64,000 nucleotides of DNA, taken from assembly GCA_002269645.1 (NCBI GenBank), contig NIVC01000206.1, forward strand, positions 62,001 to 126,000, read 5' to 3'. The position numbers were made by a program, and so were the translations under genes. Every line of letters begins with the position of its first letter. Positions within the stretch are counted from its first letter, which is position 1. This document shows positions 1 to 16,189 of this stretch, piece by piece. This DNA comes from Macrostomum lignano. Its lineage: Eukaryota. The notes beneath the pieces were generated by a model. The model was not told where the DNA came from and made no database searches. It saw only the letters and a program-made list of their open reading frames with translations.

Positions 1-389
<389 letters not shown>

Positions 390-1063
390 TTTTTAGGTTG
401 GTACTCGTAGATCGGTGATTTTTACGTGATTCAGCCATGTTGGCCGATGTATGCCTCCCACGTAGAGGTAGAAGAGCTTAAAAACGCATTAGTTTTTCTT
501 CGTCTTTTCCTGGGAAAAAACTGAGTGCATTGTTTAGTGCTCTTGGATGCGCCAGTATTAAAATTTAATGCCTGGTTGGTTCCCCTTCTGTTGGGGACGA
601 CACTCTACATTCAGAATTTGTCAAGCATCGGAAAGAAGGGAAGCCCTCCGCTGAGTCTTTCTTTTTCTTTGCCTTTCCAACGTATAACTTCTCTACTCCC
701 CTGTCCCTTTCAATTGCCTCCTCTCATTGCCTTGACAACAAGGCTAACAACAAACAGGCAGGCGTATTTGCACGAAGAAGAAAAAACTGTAATTTTAAGC
801 AACTCCTCTTCCATCGGGTAGGCAGACACCGGTACTCTGAGACTCCGGTATTCAGAGAGCGTCTTCTGCCCCAAGTCGCAAATTTTGCTAAGCAGGACCT
901 AGCCTGTGCAATACAGCAGTCTATCAACAATCAATAATCAATTGAATTCATTCACTGGTGAGTCAGCGTAACTGTGATTCAAGAATTTGATGCTTAGTTA
1001 TCGAACATCAGCGTCTTATTTCGCTATGCTTAATATGCACTAAACTAATTGCAGACCCACACG

Positions 1064-2101
1064 ATGGAGAAGCGACAGCACCTCCTTGTTCTGCTGCTGC
1101 TGCCACTGCTGCCTGTCGTGCTGCTTGCTGTCGCCACTGACCCAGTTGTGGCTAAGAATTACAAGTTCCGCCAAGACCCTGTCTGCCCTCCAGCTGTTGG
1201 GGTTCCAGCCTCAATGACTGTTGAGGGTGTCCAGTCACCCAGGACCTGCTCGATTGAGTGTTCGGTGAGGACCGATTGCGCCGTGTACAGCTTTGTCAGC
1301 GCGTCCAACCAGTGCCAGATGGGCAGCACCGCCGACCTGCTTAACACCTGGTCAACCAGCCCTGGGACGCCCTGCGTGAGCCAGCTGAATCCTCGCCTGC
1401 CGGGCATTCTGACATTCCGATCCAAACTGCTGGCTTTCTTGGACTTTCGCGTTGGTCAGGACAATCTTGTTGGTAGCGCCCAGTTCAAAGTGCAGTCTAC
1501 TTCGTCGGGAGTCACTTTCGTTCCCGGGCAGGGAGCCATGTTCGCCCCCCTGAGCTCGGGAGTGTCCAACTACATCGAGCTGCAGAACAGCGGCGGCCTT
1601 CACACTATCGCTAGTTTGCTTGGACGCGGCAACAACTTCTCCGTGTACGCTCGGATTAACAGGCTGGTTGATGTCGAAGAGCAATGGATCTATCTGCTGT
1701 CTGACTGCGAATCTTACAACCAGCCTAGAGGCGCAATGCTGAACTTCCAAAATAGGACTGGCATTTTTCACAGCATGACCTCCCCTGATGAAATTAAATT
1801 TAGAATAAGCGCCGATATGATGCCGCAACCCCCTGTTGGAGTCACTAATGTTGAAACTTCGATGGGTGTCGTGTTCAGCGACAATGACTTCACCGGAACC
1901 TTCTATAATGGAACTCTGTATAATGTGCAACCATTTAGTCAGAGCGGCTTACCGAACTTCACAGGCCTCCCGGAGTGCATCCGCCTTGGCTACTCTCCGG
2001 AACCCAATAAAGGACTAGTCGGCCGGTTCACCTGCTTCGTCATTGCTAATGCCACCCTGACAGCCTCGGAATTCGCCGAACTGGATGCACTGTGCTGGTA
2101 A
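1064..2101 (+). CDS. Secreted protein: signal peptide + PAN/Apple domain + LamG/concanavalin A-like domain (345 aa)
   Basis: First ATG is at 1064 (MEKRQHLLVLLLLPLLPVVLLAVA, signal-like). The PAN-type Cys pattern is C..SPRTCSIECSVRTDCAVYSFVSASNQCQMG. The C-terminal beta-rich region (GVTFVPGQGAMF..SNYIEL..NFSVYARIN) resembles LamG_3. A candidate 5'UTR intron lies at 958-1054 (GTGAGT...CTAATTGCAG). Confidence 0.75.
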   Translation: MEKRQHLLVLLLLPLLPVVLLAVATDPVVAKNYKFRQDPVCPPAVGVPASMTVEGVQSPRTCSIECSVRTDCAVYSFVSASNQCQMGSTADLLNTWSTSPGTPCVSQLNPRLPGILTFRSKLLAFLDFRVGQDNLVGSAQFKVQSTSSGVTFVPGQGAMFAPLSSGVSNYIELQNSGGLHTIASLLGRGNNFSVYARINRLVDVEEQWIYLLSDCESYNQPRGAMLNFQNRTGIFHSMTSPDEIKFRISADMMPQPPVGVTNVETSMGVVFSDNDFTGTFYNGTLYNVQPFSQSGLPNFTGLPECIRLGYSPEPNKGLVGRFTCFVIANATLTASEFAELDALCW

Positions 2102-3684
2102 AGTGCCACCTTATCGAGAAGGCCTCTACAAACTCAATCAACTTTGAAACAAGTTATGGAGAGTTGAGGAGTGTTATCAATAAATATGAAGACGTTTTTA
2201 AAATGATACCTTGAAAAGTTCAAAGATGTTTTCAATTTTGATAATTAGCTCGTAGCTGCTGCATCCATGTTTATTATATTTTAATAGAAAAAAATGCTCC
2301 CGCTTTTGTACGATTTGTTACGAAACTCAAACTCTTGGAAATCATTTTCTTACATTTCTGTATGCGCTATCAAAGGAGCAAAAGTACACATGACTCTGGG
2401 TGCACTTTTGATAGTGTGGTGCAATTCTCGCAGTTTTATTTATTCACTAAAGCTTAACTTTCAGATTTTCTTTATATTTCACGAGTAGCTACCTATTACA
2501 CTATATATTGATCAAGACTTTTCTAGTTTTCTTTTTCACGTAACCCAATTTAATCTTGTGTTCCGGCTTTGATTATAGGCATAACTGATGTAACTGACGA
2601 TTGGAAGAGATCTTACTATTTTTTGTTTTCGACCCAAAATTTTAAAGCGTTAATTTTGCATTACATGTATATTTACTCTGTTTTGAATTAAATATATGAA
2701 TTGAAAACTTACTATTACGCTTCGTTGTTCTTTTTCGGATACATGCTCTTCTGTTATTATAAACTCATTCTAATAGGCTAGTGAAAAAAGAACGTACACT
2801 TACATATACACTGTACACGTAAACGTACACTTACATTTACGAACATAAAAATTTAAATGCATATCTCAACGCTACACGCCATGCTTGTAAAAGTTTATTA
2901 ATATTACAAAATACCAAGAAATTGTAAAAAATGTGTTTTATAATTATATCTAAATTCGATTGGAGTAGATTTACTTGGCTTTATTGCTTTGTCTTAGTAA
3001 TTTTGTTCTGCCTCAGTCGACATTACTTGTAACCAATAGCAATAGTAGCAAAAGAGTTCGAATGGCTAGAAAGTCTGGGAATTATATTTGATGAGAAAGT
3101 TTGGAAGCTTGCAAGTCAGTTTCATGGGAACCCGACTCGATCGGACCCGGCCGTCGTGCCTCCGGCAGCTCCACCAGTGTCGCAGCTGTATCGCTGTCGC
3201 AGATCTTGGGCGCTGATCTCAAGAGTTTTTGTGGGAACCCGGATGTTCTTAGTACAAGCCAATTTCAGCCGACAGAATTTTTCTAACGTTTACTCGAGCA
3301 AACAATTAAGCGTGGGAAGCACAATGAACTCCCTGCTGAATTCTGGTCTGCTGTCTTGGGCTGATCGGCTGATTGCTGATGTGCGCACTAGCTGCTGAGA
3401 TCGCTGATGCTGCTGCTGTTGATGGTGCGAGCCGAGCTACGTCTTAGACAAAGACTATTATAGCGTCCGCAACGTTGGGGGCCTATTTCTTAACTTTGGT
3501 CCCCTCCAAGGCTCACATTGGGTCCTCTAGTGCCGTCAGCCTCGGCCAGGTGACTCGTCAAGGTGCCCTAGCTAGCCTATCCCCGTTCCTATAAACTTAC
3601 GTGTTAATATGAGCATTTTCTTAGGGCTCATAAACACGTACATGTACATGTGTAATATACATTTACAGTTTTGAAAGTTTTGGA

Positions 3685-5054
3685 GGGAGTACGACGTTTG
3701 CTTGCGGGAAGTTTGCTTGCCGAACTTTGCTTGCGGGAACTTTGCTTGCCGAACTTTGCTTGCTGAGCTTTGCTGGCGGAATTCTGCTTGCTGAGCTTTG
3801 CTTGCCGAATTTTGCTTGCAGGAACTTTGCTTGCCGAATTTTGCTTGCAGGAACTTTGCTTGCCGAATTTTGCTTACCGAACTTTGCTTGCCGAACTTTG
3901 CTTGCAGGAACTTTGCTTGCCGAATTTTGCTTGCCGAATTTTGCTTGCAGGAACTTTGCTTGCCGAATTTTGCTTGCAGGAACTTTGCTTGCCGAATTTT
4001 GCTTACCGAACTTTGCTTGTCGAACTTTGATTGCCGAACTTTGCTTGCGGAATTTTGATGTCTGCTTCCTAGAAATTCGCAATCACAGTTGCAAGGTTTT
4101 AACTTGCCGAATTATTTTCTTGTTTGCTTGCTTGTTTGATTGCTTGTGAAGTTAGTCAGTCAATTATTACTTACTACAGATGCTTTGCAAGTGGATTCTT
4201 ATCAGCGTCGACGTAAACTGACTTGACACTAAGCTTTCAAACTGGGCTTATAGAGTTTCATTCTAAGAATTTAGTGATTAGAGATTTAGTATAGGTAGAT
4301 TGGGATCGGTAACAGTATAAATCTTTGTAGTTCCTGATTTCAGCACGATTGAGCAGGTATGATAATTGTAGCGATGCTAATGTATAATAATGCATATACT
4401 AATGATAATTAGTATATAAAAATGTAAACGCACTTGGACTGGCGGATTTGCACGAGTACTAGTGTCGTGTACTTGTCACCGAGGAACAAAAGTTAAAACA
4501 CTCGTAGAACCGAAAGTTCCGTGGAGTTTCGAAAGTTTCTGCGTTAGGGCTGAAATCATAACGAATCTTCCACGAATCTTAGAAAATGAAAATTAGAAAT
4601 ACAAGAGCTCAAAAATAGGTTCTTTAAGGTTTCGCAAGAAAACTTTGCCGGCAAACCTCGGCAAGCAAAGTTCGGCAAGCAAAGTTCCCGCAAGCAAAGT
4701 TCGGCAAGCAAAATTCGGCAAGCAAAATTCGGCAAGCAAAATTCGGCAAGCAAAATTCGGCAAGCAAAGTTCGGCAAGCAAAGTTCGGCAAGCAAAGTTC
4801 CGGCAAGCAAAGTTCGGCAAGCAAAGTTCGGCAAGCAAAGTTCCTGCAAGCAAAGTTCGGCAAGCAAAGTTCGGCAAGCTAAGTTCGGCAAGCAAAGTTT
4901 CTGCAAGCAAAGTTCCTGCAAGCAAAGTTCCTGCAAGCAAACTTCGGCAAGCTTATGTGCAGCAAGCAAATTTCCTGCAAGCAAATGTCGGCAAGCAAAA
5001 TTCGGCAAGCAAAGTTCGGCAAGCAAAAGTCTCGCAAGCAAATTTCATAGACCC
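3685..5054. mobile_element. Foldback/Mutator-like non-autonomous element with modular inverted arms
   Basis: An array of ~14-15 bp units (aactttgcttgccg) at 3700-4050 is the reverse complement of the array at 4640-5040. The outer ends align (GGGAGTACGACGTTTGCTTGCG vs rc GGGTCTATGAAATTTGCTTGCG). No TSD was found. Confidence 0.5.
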
Positions 5055-7939
5055 GCCTGTTCAACGCCCGGCAGCGGCAATTCAACTGGCTGGCCAGACG
5101 TGATCCGGCCCGGCCAAGAGCTACTATTGCTCCCGCCGTTGCAGGACATCCAGCAAAACGTGTGCAGTAGGTCCGTACATGAACGTCCAGCAGAAGAGTT
5201 CCCTGCACCTGCGCTGGCCGGGTGTCTTTAACGTTAAACACCAAACTGCAGTACCCTTTAGATGTCGGCCGGCACAGTGCAAACCTAGATCGGCCGGTTT
5301 GCTTAATGTAAATGTACGAGCGTAGGCTCAACCTACATATGTACTACTTATTTTTTACCACAAACCAAGGCTATATAAGAAGCCACCTACCAAACCAGCC
5401 TGTCAATCTATCGGGCCAGTTGCTAGCAAAGGTGATGAAAAGATGGCGATTGGTCATCAGCGTAGCCAAATATATACTCTTGAGGTGTTTACGAAAGGGC
5501 CACAGAATCTCGACTTAGTCGCAGAATCTCGACTGCGGGACCTCGTCCAGTCAAACCCCTAAGCCGCCTGGTGTTGCCCTTCATTATTAATCTCACCTAG
5601 GTTACTGAGTTAAGATATAGTTCTCTTTAAAGTTAATTTGATTTTGTCTCAAGTTTTTGTTTGCTGCTGACTTGTTAAAATGAAGTAAATGGCGTAGAAT
5701 TAAAAAGCGGTAAAAAAATATTTTTTAACTTTTAGTAGCAGCAATTTGATTATTGAATTATCATAAATAAGCATCATTAAATTAAAATGAAATACATAGT
5801 AGCTAGCAGAAAATAGATCTTCATCTGGATGATGCAAAGTTTGCTGTCGGAGGATAAAGCGAGCTCTGTCATGGTCATGTTAATGCCATGAAGTGGCACA
5901 AGCCACTAGCCTTGCTTGCAGTCTGCAGAGAAGTGGGGTCGGGTCGGGTCGGCAGCCCAGCACTTCATTGTGTAGGGCCTACTCCTGTACATTACGGGTC
6001 AGTTGTGCCCCTTGAGCGATGATGCCTTAGCCTTATACTTACTATAGCCTCTGCCTCTGCTCTGGAGAATCGATTTTTTACTTTTCCTCATTCAATGCTG
6101 ATTTCTGAATTGTTTTTTTAATCATGCACCACAAGATACACACGTATAGTGGCTTACACCATAAATAGGGCCTACATTTCATGTCATCTTATGCCACTCA
6201 TCAAAAAGACAATCAGATGGCTAGGCCTAAATTTGGAGAATTTTGCTAATTTCATATTTTCACATAGGCCTTAAATTAGCCTACAATTACAAGTAGGCCT
6301 GGGTAGCCTATGTATAGTGCCATTGATGAGCCCTATGACTCAGTTAAATATGTCTAGTTTTTAAATTATGAGGCCTAATAGGCCTACATAAGCCCTAGCT
6401 ACTAGCTATAGTGCTAATGCAGATAGTGAGTCAGTAACCTAGCCTAGGCTAGGCCTAGTCTAAAAAGAGCTCTAAGTTTATAAGTCTTGTCTTAGTAGAT
6501 ATTTAATTAGTTAGACTATTTGGGCTATTGCTAGTATTGGATTAATTACCTAGCTATATTTTAAAGTTTTATATTGAACATTAGGCCTATTGATTTTCTA
6601 AAGTCAAGGTTCCATTAAAAATAATATATAGGCCTAAAATATAAAATATGCCTATTAGGCCTATCAAAGATTTTTTATTATTTTTTAGCATTGACACTTG
6701 CCAAATAAAAATCAAATAATTATTTGAACTCTCTAACTCAAACAAACCTCGTTAAAATCAAGGGGTCTTTATTGTCTTAACCTTGCATAGATCAAAAACC
6801 CCTTATATAAAATAAAAGACCTCAGAGTCATTCTTTATCTTAGCACTAGGCCTATCACAATATTAAAATAGGCCAACCTTTTAGATTCCCAGCATAAAGA
6901 TAGTGGAAAAGCTACTTTAAGTAATCTTTATCTTAAAAAACTAGTTATACTTGGGATTAGAATAATGAGACCTTGCTTTTAGACTATCCGTAACCTAAGA
7001 TACCAATTCTTTGTATAGGTCTATGGCCGCCTATATATATTAAGTGCCCTAGAACTAGAAGGGTGACTAGTAAAGTTTGATCTATTTCTACCTTTTTTCT
7101 CCATAGCTTTAAAAGTCAATAGAGTCAAAAATTTTGCCTTGTAGGGATAGCAAAAGCATGGCCCTACTAATTACTCAAAGTGGATTGGTCATCTTTGAAC
7201 TGTTGAATTTATCTATAAATAGTTGCTTTTTTAATGCTGTTGTCCTCACAAATTAAGAAAAGATAATTGGCAATTTTGGTTCCAAATTCCTAGAATCCCA
7301 ATAAATTAAAAAGCATTCAACTTAAAAAAGTTTCCAATTTTAGATTAAAAAAAGGAGTCCAAATTTGATATGTTAAATTAAAAGTTAGTATATTATAACC
7401 AAGGGAATAGGCAAAGGGTAGGGACACTAGGGACATGCCCCCTAGAAGGGACAACCTTTTTTACTGCCTTTGTATTTTGCTTCTATCGCCTTCATTTGAG
7501 ATGGATTTATATCTCTGTCCCTCCCTAACATGAATCCTAGCATGCGTCTAGTTATAACATATACCACAGAACAATATACCTAGTTTTGGAATTACCTAAT
7601 TATTTATACTCATACTTACAAAGGGTATACAATAATGGTTAAACCTTGTATTTCTAGTATACTAAAAATTTGTTTATCACTATATATGCATGCTTAGGCG
7701 CAACCTAGGGATTCACCAGGCCATTTCTATTGGTTACACACACATGTAAGTCGTTATTGGGTGGAATAGTAGCCACATGACTGCTCTCAGCCAATAGCAA
7801 CTTATGTGTGTGTTGCCAATATTAATGGCCAAGTGATTCTCAAGGTTGCACATGTATGATTAATTACACCTACCCTAATTGGCAAATGTGCAACCAATAG
7901 CTCAGCTGCAGCTATTGTGTAGCACATCTGAAAGCTGCA

Positions 7940-8132
7940 TATGCCTGTTTAGTCCAAGGCCTGGGGGGTCGCCATATGCTGTCAATTATTCTTGTACCAT
8001 AACTAATGCTAGCGCCCATTTTATAGCTGGGTGAACTAAAGCAATGCAGAGTTAAGTGTCTTTCTTGAGGACACATTGTTCCAGTGGGATTGGGAATCAA
8101 ATCCCCAACCTTTCATTAATGAGTCCAATGCT
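7940..8132 (+). mobile_element. SINE / L2-type LINE 3' tail fragment
   Basis: cccattttatagctgggtgaact...gttaagtgtctttcttgaggacac...gggaatcaaatccccaacc...tgctccaaccac resembles the widespread L2-tail SINE 3' sequence of invertebrates. Recognised by eye. Confidence 0.5.
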
Positions 8133-8436
8133 CCAACCACAGATATAATCTGAGTAATGTAATTGCAAATCTACAATTGAAATGATGCTTTAAAACTCAA
8201 TTATTGTTCTTATGAATATTTTCTACTAATTAATAAAACAGCTAATGTAGAGATTTAGTCACTTTCTTCATAGTAATAATTTTTATTGTGGTAATACTTA
8301 CCTACATTTGTGAGCTTTTAACTAAAAAATTATCAAATTATGAAAATATTATTTCTAAATTTGCTATTTAATGCCTAATATTATTACAAAAAATCTATCA
8401 ATCGAGTGAGAAATTAATCAAATCAAACAATTTCTC

Positions 8437-8829
8437 ATGGCAACATCGGTTGCAACCATGGCAACAGGGCAGCATGCACAGCAGTCAGCTGACAGCGGAT
8501 CTGCATCAGCTGCAGCAGCCGAGTCCTCCGTCACAGAGGATGTTCCAGCTCTAGAGAACATTGTCCAGCAGGCTCGCAGCGTCATGTCCACCCTGTCCGC
8601 GTTTCGCTCGAGCCAAGCTGAAACGCTTCAACGAATGCGCGACCGGGCTGGCTCTGCTGACGCAGACTCGGCTGGCGACGAGGAGCGAGAGCTGTGCGAC
8701 GAGAAGGCGCCGAGGCTGGGCGAACTGGTTGAGAAGCTGGAGCTGGGCATTGATGAAGGCGAACTGCTGGTGGCCGTGTCCAGGCATATCCAGCAGCTGG
8801 ACTCCGATAAGATGAAGATGCGAACTCAG
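8437..8829 (+). CDS. KLC: Kinesin light chain, exon 1 (heptad-repeat region)
   Basis: ATG at 8437. LENIVQQARSVMSTL...LELGIDEGELLV...HIQQLDSDKMKMRTQ matches the KLC coiled coil. Donor CAG|GTGTGT at 8830, phase 0. Confidence 0.9.
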
Positions 8830-8880
8830 GTGTGTCATATTTTTATTTGGTTCTTATTAAGTTCTTATTTAAGTTGCTAG

Positions 8881-9660
8881 GCCAGCCTCCCAGATCCTCA
8901 GTTACTGGGCCAGCCTCACAGATCCTGAGTTGCTGTGCCAGCCTCTAAGATCCTCAGTTGCTGGGCCAGCCTCCCAGATCCTCAGTTTCCAGCCTCTCAG
9001 CTCCTCAGTTGCTGTGCCAGCCTCCCAGATCCTCAGTTGCTAGGCCAGCCTTCCAGATCCTCAGTTGCTGTGCCAGCCTCCAAGATCCTCAGTTGCTGGG
9101 CCAGCCTCCAAGATCCTCAGTTGCTGGGCCAGCCCCCCAGATCCTTAGTTGCTGTGCCAGCCTCCCAGATCCTCAGTTGCTGGGCCAGCCTCCCAGATTC
9201 TCAGTTGCTGTGCCAGCCTCCCAGATCCTCAGTTGCTGGCCCGCATCCCAGATCCTCATTTGCTGGGCCAGCCTCCCAGATCCTCAGTTGCTAGGCCAGC
9301 CTTCCAGATTCTCAGTTGCTGTGCCAGCCTCCCAGATCCTCAGTTGCTGTGCCAGCCTCCCAGATCCTGAGTTGCTGGGCCAGCCTCCCAGATCCTCAGT
9401 TGCTAGGCCAGCCTCTCAGATCCTCAGTTGCTAGGCCAGCCTCACAGAGTGTCAGCCGCTGGGCCAGCCTCCCAGATCCTCAGTTGCTGTGCCAACCTCC
9501 CAGATCCTCAGTTGCTAGGCCAGCCTCACAGAGTGTCAGCCGCTGGGCCAGCCTCCCAGATCCTCAGTTGCTGTGCCAACCTCCCAGATCCTCAGTTGCT
9601 AGGCCAGCCTCACAGAGTGTCAGCCGCTGGGCCAGCCTCCCAGATCCTCAGTTGCTGGGC
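8881..9660. repeat. 28-bp minisatellite in KLC intron 1
   Basis: Unit gccagcctcccagatcctcagttgctgg with a 28-nt period (8881, 8909...), plus some longer composite units. Confidence 0.95.
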
Positions 9661-9839
9661 TACCCTCAAAAATAGGAAGCCAAATAATTTTTTGGCTCTG
9701 AATTAGCCTGATGCTCTTTTAAAAATATTTATAGCATTCTGCTCACGGGCCTACTTACAGTACTGTGATATGAACATGTACATGATCTACTTTATATCAG
9801 TCTCAAAAAGCCACCCTCCTAGACCCTCAATCAATCTAA

Positions 9840-10373
<534 letters not shown>

Positions 10374-10477
10374 TGAGCTAAACTCGTTACTGTTTAACAA
10401 TCTCAAGGTAGAATAGATACTTAAAATTGAATCACTTTGAGCACATTGAATTGGTTAATCGACAAGATCTGTTTGAT

Positions 10478-12792
<2,315 letters not shown>

Positions 12793-13867
12793 GACTGAAA
12801 AAAATTCTGCTCTTAGATTGGGCCTGTCTATCTGTTTGAGTCTTCTAACCCTGAGCGGGACATTCTCGGGATTATCAGTTTGATTTAATTAGTTATCAAC
12901 TTTAGAAATTGAAAGAACTTGGCGACACGGCGTGTGCGAGCGGGCTTGGAATCTGAATAACCTAAAGTACAGTAAGTACTTTTAATGTGCACATCGCCTG
13001 GTGTGAATGGCGTGCGGTGCGACATGTACTTTTAATTATGTACATTATGAAATGTGTGCAAAAAATAAATTATGCTATAAAATAATCTTAATTAGTCAAT
13101 GAACAAATAGGTATATCGGTCTATCAATTCCTATTTATGGTATAACAATAGCAGAGTCACTGAGACCAATTAATTAAATTTTATTCCCTAATCTTCCTGC
13201 TGTCTGATAAACTGTATTCCCACAGGGTGTATAGATAATTCCAAGTCAAATTTACTATTGGTAGTTACGGCTATACTTTCCTTACTGTAATTAACTATGC
13301 TGCCTTGTGCCTTCGGTTAGTTTTGCTTTGCTTTGCTTCTATCTATATAGGGAATTATTTTACCTGCCAGTGCTACTTTAATTAACAATTAAACATTTAT
13401 GAGCACCCGGGTTTTATAAAGCTGAACAATTATAGATGGTTATATCATACGTGCTAGGCGATATTTTAACTTGCGCACCTATTCTATTGTTATCTCGTAT
13501 CGTATTTGTCTTATCTTTTGTTCTTAATTAGTTTACACATGGCTGTGGCACCTGCCTAGGTCGATAATTTTAAATTAATTATCTCCTACGGCCCCCACTG
13601 GTTCTCTATAAATATCAAGTATACATTTGCGTTATTTCGTTTTTGCTCTAATATATTTAGTGGTTTGCTCTGCTCTGTTGCTAACTGTTTAGTCTTGTGC
13701 GTTTTTTTGCCCAATAAATTTATACAATTAAAAAATACCCCCTTCTCGCTGAGTTGTCCAGTGCTTCATCCAGTTAATAGTTGGTTGGTTTATAGCCCGC
13801 AATGATCTTTTCACACCTTGATGCATACGAGTCTCAGCATCCACACAAATATACATAAGATTCCAAA

Positions 13868-14530
13868 CCCCCCTGTCCCCACAATGTACCAGTACACTTT
13901 ATAAAGACCGAAGAACCCCTCTCTCCTCACAATGTACACTCTACAGAGTGCGAACCCCTCTCTCCCCACAATGTACACTCTACAGAGTCCGAAACCCTCT
14001 CTCCTCACAATGTACACTCTCTAAGAGTCCGAATCACTCTCTCCCCACAATGTACACTCTACAGAGTGCGAACCCCTCTCTCCCCACAATGTACACTCTA
14101 CAGAGTCCGAAACCCTCTCTACCCACAATGTACACTCTCCAGAGTCCGAAACCCTCTCTACCCACAATGTACACTCTCCAGAGTGCGAAACCCTCTCTCC
14201 TCACAATGTACACTCTCCAGAGTGCGAACCCTCTCTCCCCACAATGTACACTCTCTAAGAGTCCGAATCACTCTCTCCCCACAATGTACACTCTACAGAG
14301 TGCGAACCCTCTCTCCCCACAATGTACACTCTCTAAGAGTCCGAATCACTCTCTCCCCACAATGTACACTCTACAGAGTCCGAACCCCTCTCTCCCCACA
14401 ATGTACACTTTCCAGAGTCCGAAACCCTCTCTCCCCACAATGTACACTCCCCAGAGTCCGAAACCCTCTCTACCCACAATGTACACTCCCCAGAGTCCGA
14501 AACCCTCTCTACCCACAATGTACACTCTAC
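13868..14530. repeat. ~39-bp minisatellite
   Basis: Unit ccctctctccccacaatgtacactctacagagtccgaaa; aatgtacact recurs at 13931, 13970 and 14009. Confidence 0.95.
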
Positions 14531-16189
14531 ACTCATCCTATAATATCCGTTTAGATATCTTTCCAATTGCCTTGCCCCATTGGACCCAACCACTTGTTGT
14601 TTTCATTAACGGCTAGATAGAAACTTTTTACTTTTCTACTTAGTTTTCAAAGTAGTATAATTCGTGTTTTTATATTGTTTACATTTCTAATTTTTTTCCG
14701 GTAAAATTTGAAAATAATTTGTTCAAGATATTTTAAATTTCTTTTAACATTAATTTGTCTGTTTGATAAGATTTTAATTACGGTAATTCAACTATATATT
14801 ATATTGCTTTTTGGAATCTGTTTTATTTTTGCTAATTTGCTAACACTTACATAGACATATTCTCGGTTACTTTTAATGGTTCTTTTACTCTATGATATTT
14901 GGGCTGTATTATGTATTATTTTGCACAATCTAATTTGCTTATGTTGAGCTCTTTCTCTTAGAAAACTTTATAAATAATAGCTACCTGTAATAATCGTAAG
15001 ATCGTATCCTAACTGCGTCATCGGTTCAGTCTACAGATTCAAACCGCATTCCAATTTTGTCTGTTATTGTTGTTTTATTAAAAAAACTCCATTCATTGCT
15101 GTCTCACTTCAGTTTGAACCACATACACTAAATTAACTAGATGAGCCGCTCAGGCATATACTTAGCAAAACAGCTTTCTACTTTCAATTCAGTAGCAAAA
15201 AAGAATACGTAAGCTATTTTATAAAAATAAAGGCAGCTGAAATGACTTCGATAAGTTTAGAAGCCCAAGCTTGCAGGCGCGTAAACAACTTGCTAATTGG
15301 TTTAGCAATAATGTACATTGGCCAGTCCACTGAATGTACATGGCAGCTTTAGGCTGGAAATCATAGAAGGGCAATAAAAATTGGGGCGGGCGGGGGGTAG
15401 TGTGGAAGAAAGGCGCGGTTGGAGGGTTTAAGCTGGGCTGGGGTAATAGCCAATAATTGAGCCTTGGCTTTAAAACTCATTAAAATGATTGTTTAACTTA
15501 CTACTGAACTGAAAGTAGCTGACACGCAAATGTGCTGAGTGGACCATCTAGTCGTTCTAGTATCTGTGGCCTGGACTAAATCCTAACTCAAATTATTCAT
15601 TGTTGGTTTCTAATGTACGTCATGGAGGATTGAAGTCTCATAATTCCATAAATTCAATTCTTCAGTTAACAGCCATTCTCACATATTCATCAGATAAGTT
15701 TAATTCTAAAATTAAATCATTTATCGTCTATGAAACAATTTGTTGCTTGTAAAATTATATAATAAACGGTTTATTAGGTGTTCCTCCTTGGTTTGTTGAC
15801 ATTTATAAGTCTTTATTATTGTTATTATTATTATTATACACTTCTCACTGCTGACGCGTACTAGTTAAGTGATTTGCACTTTTCCAGCCAGACAGGTTTG
15901 TCCTTCTTATCATCAAAATTTTACACATTGGCTGTACCGTGCTTGCACATGTTATTTCATTTATGAAAATAATCAATAATGCTTTGTATTATTTGTTGAC
16001 CTGACAGAGATATGACGGACAGCAACAGAGTGCATCAAGTTTCTGTTTCAATTTCATAGAATTTTGAGAAATTTTGGCTTTTTCATTCATTTTGCCCGCT
16101 CGTCTCCTTGTGGGCTGTCGTAAAAATTGTGAATTGCCTATCTAGTTGGCCTTGCTTGTTCATCTTACATCGTGGACCTCTTTTCATCT

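Noticed and set aside
3663-5103. Cys/Leu-rich or Lys/Gln-rich ORFs
   Set aside because: Translations of the inverted 14-15-bp arrays with constant frame switching.
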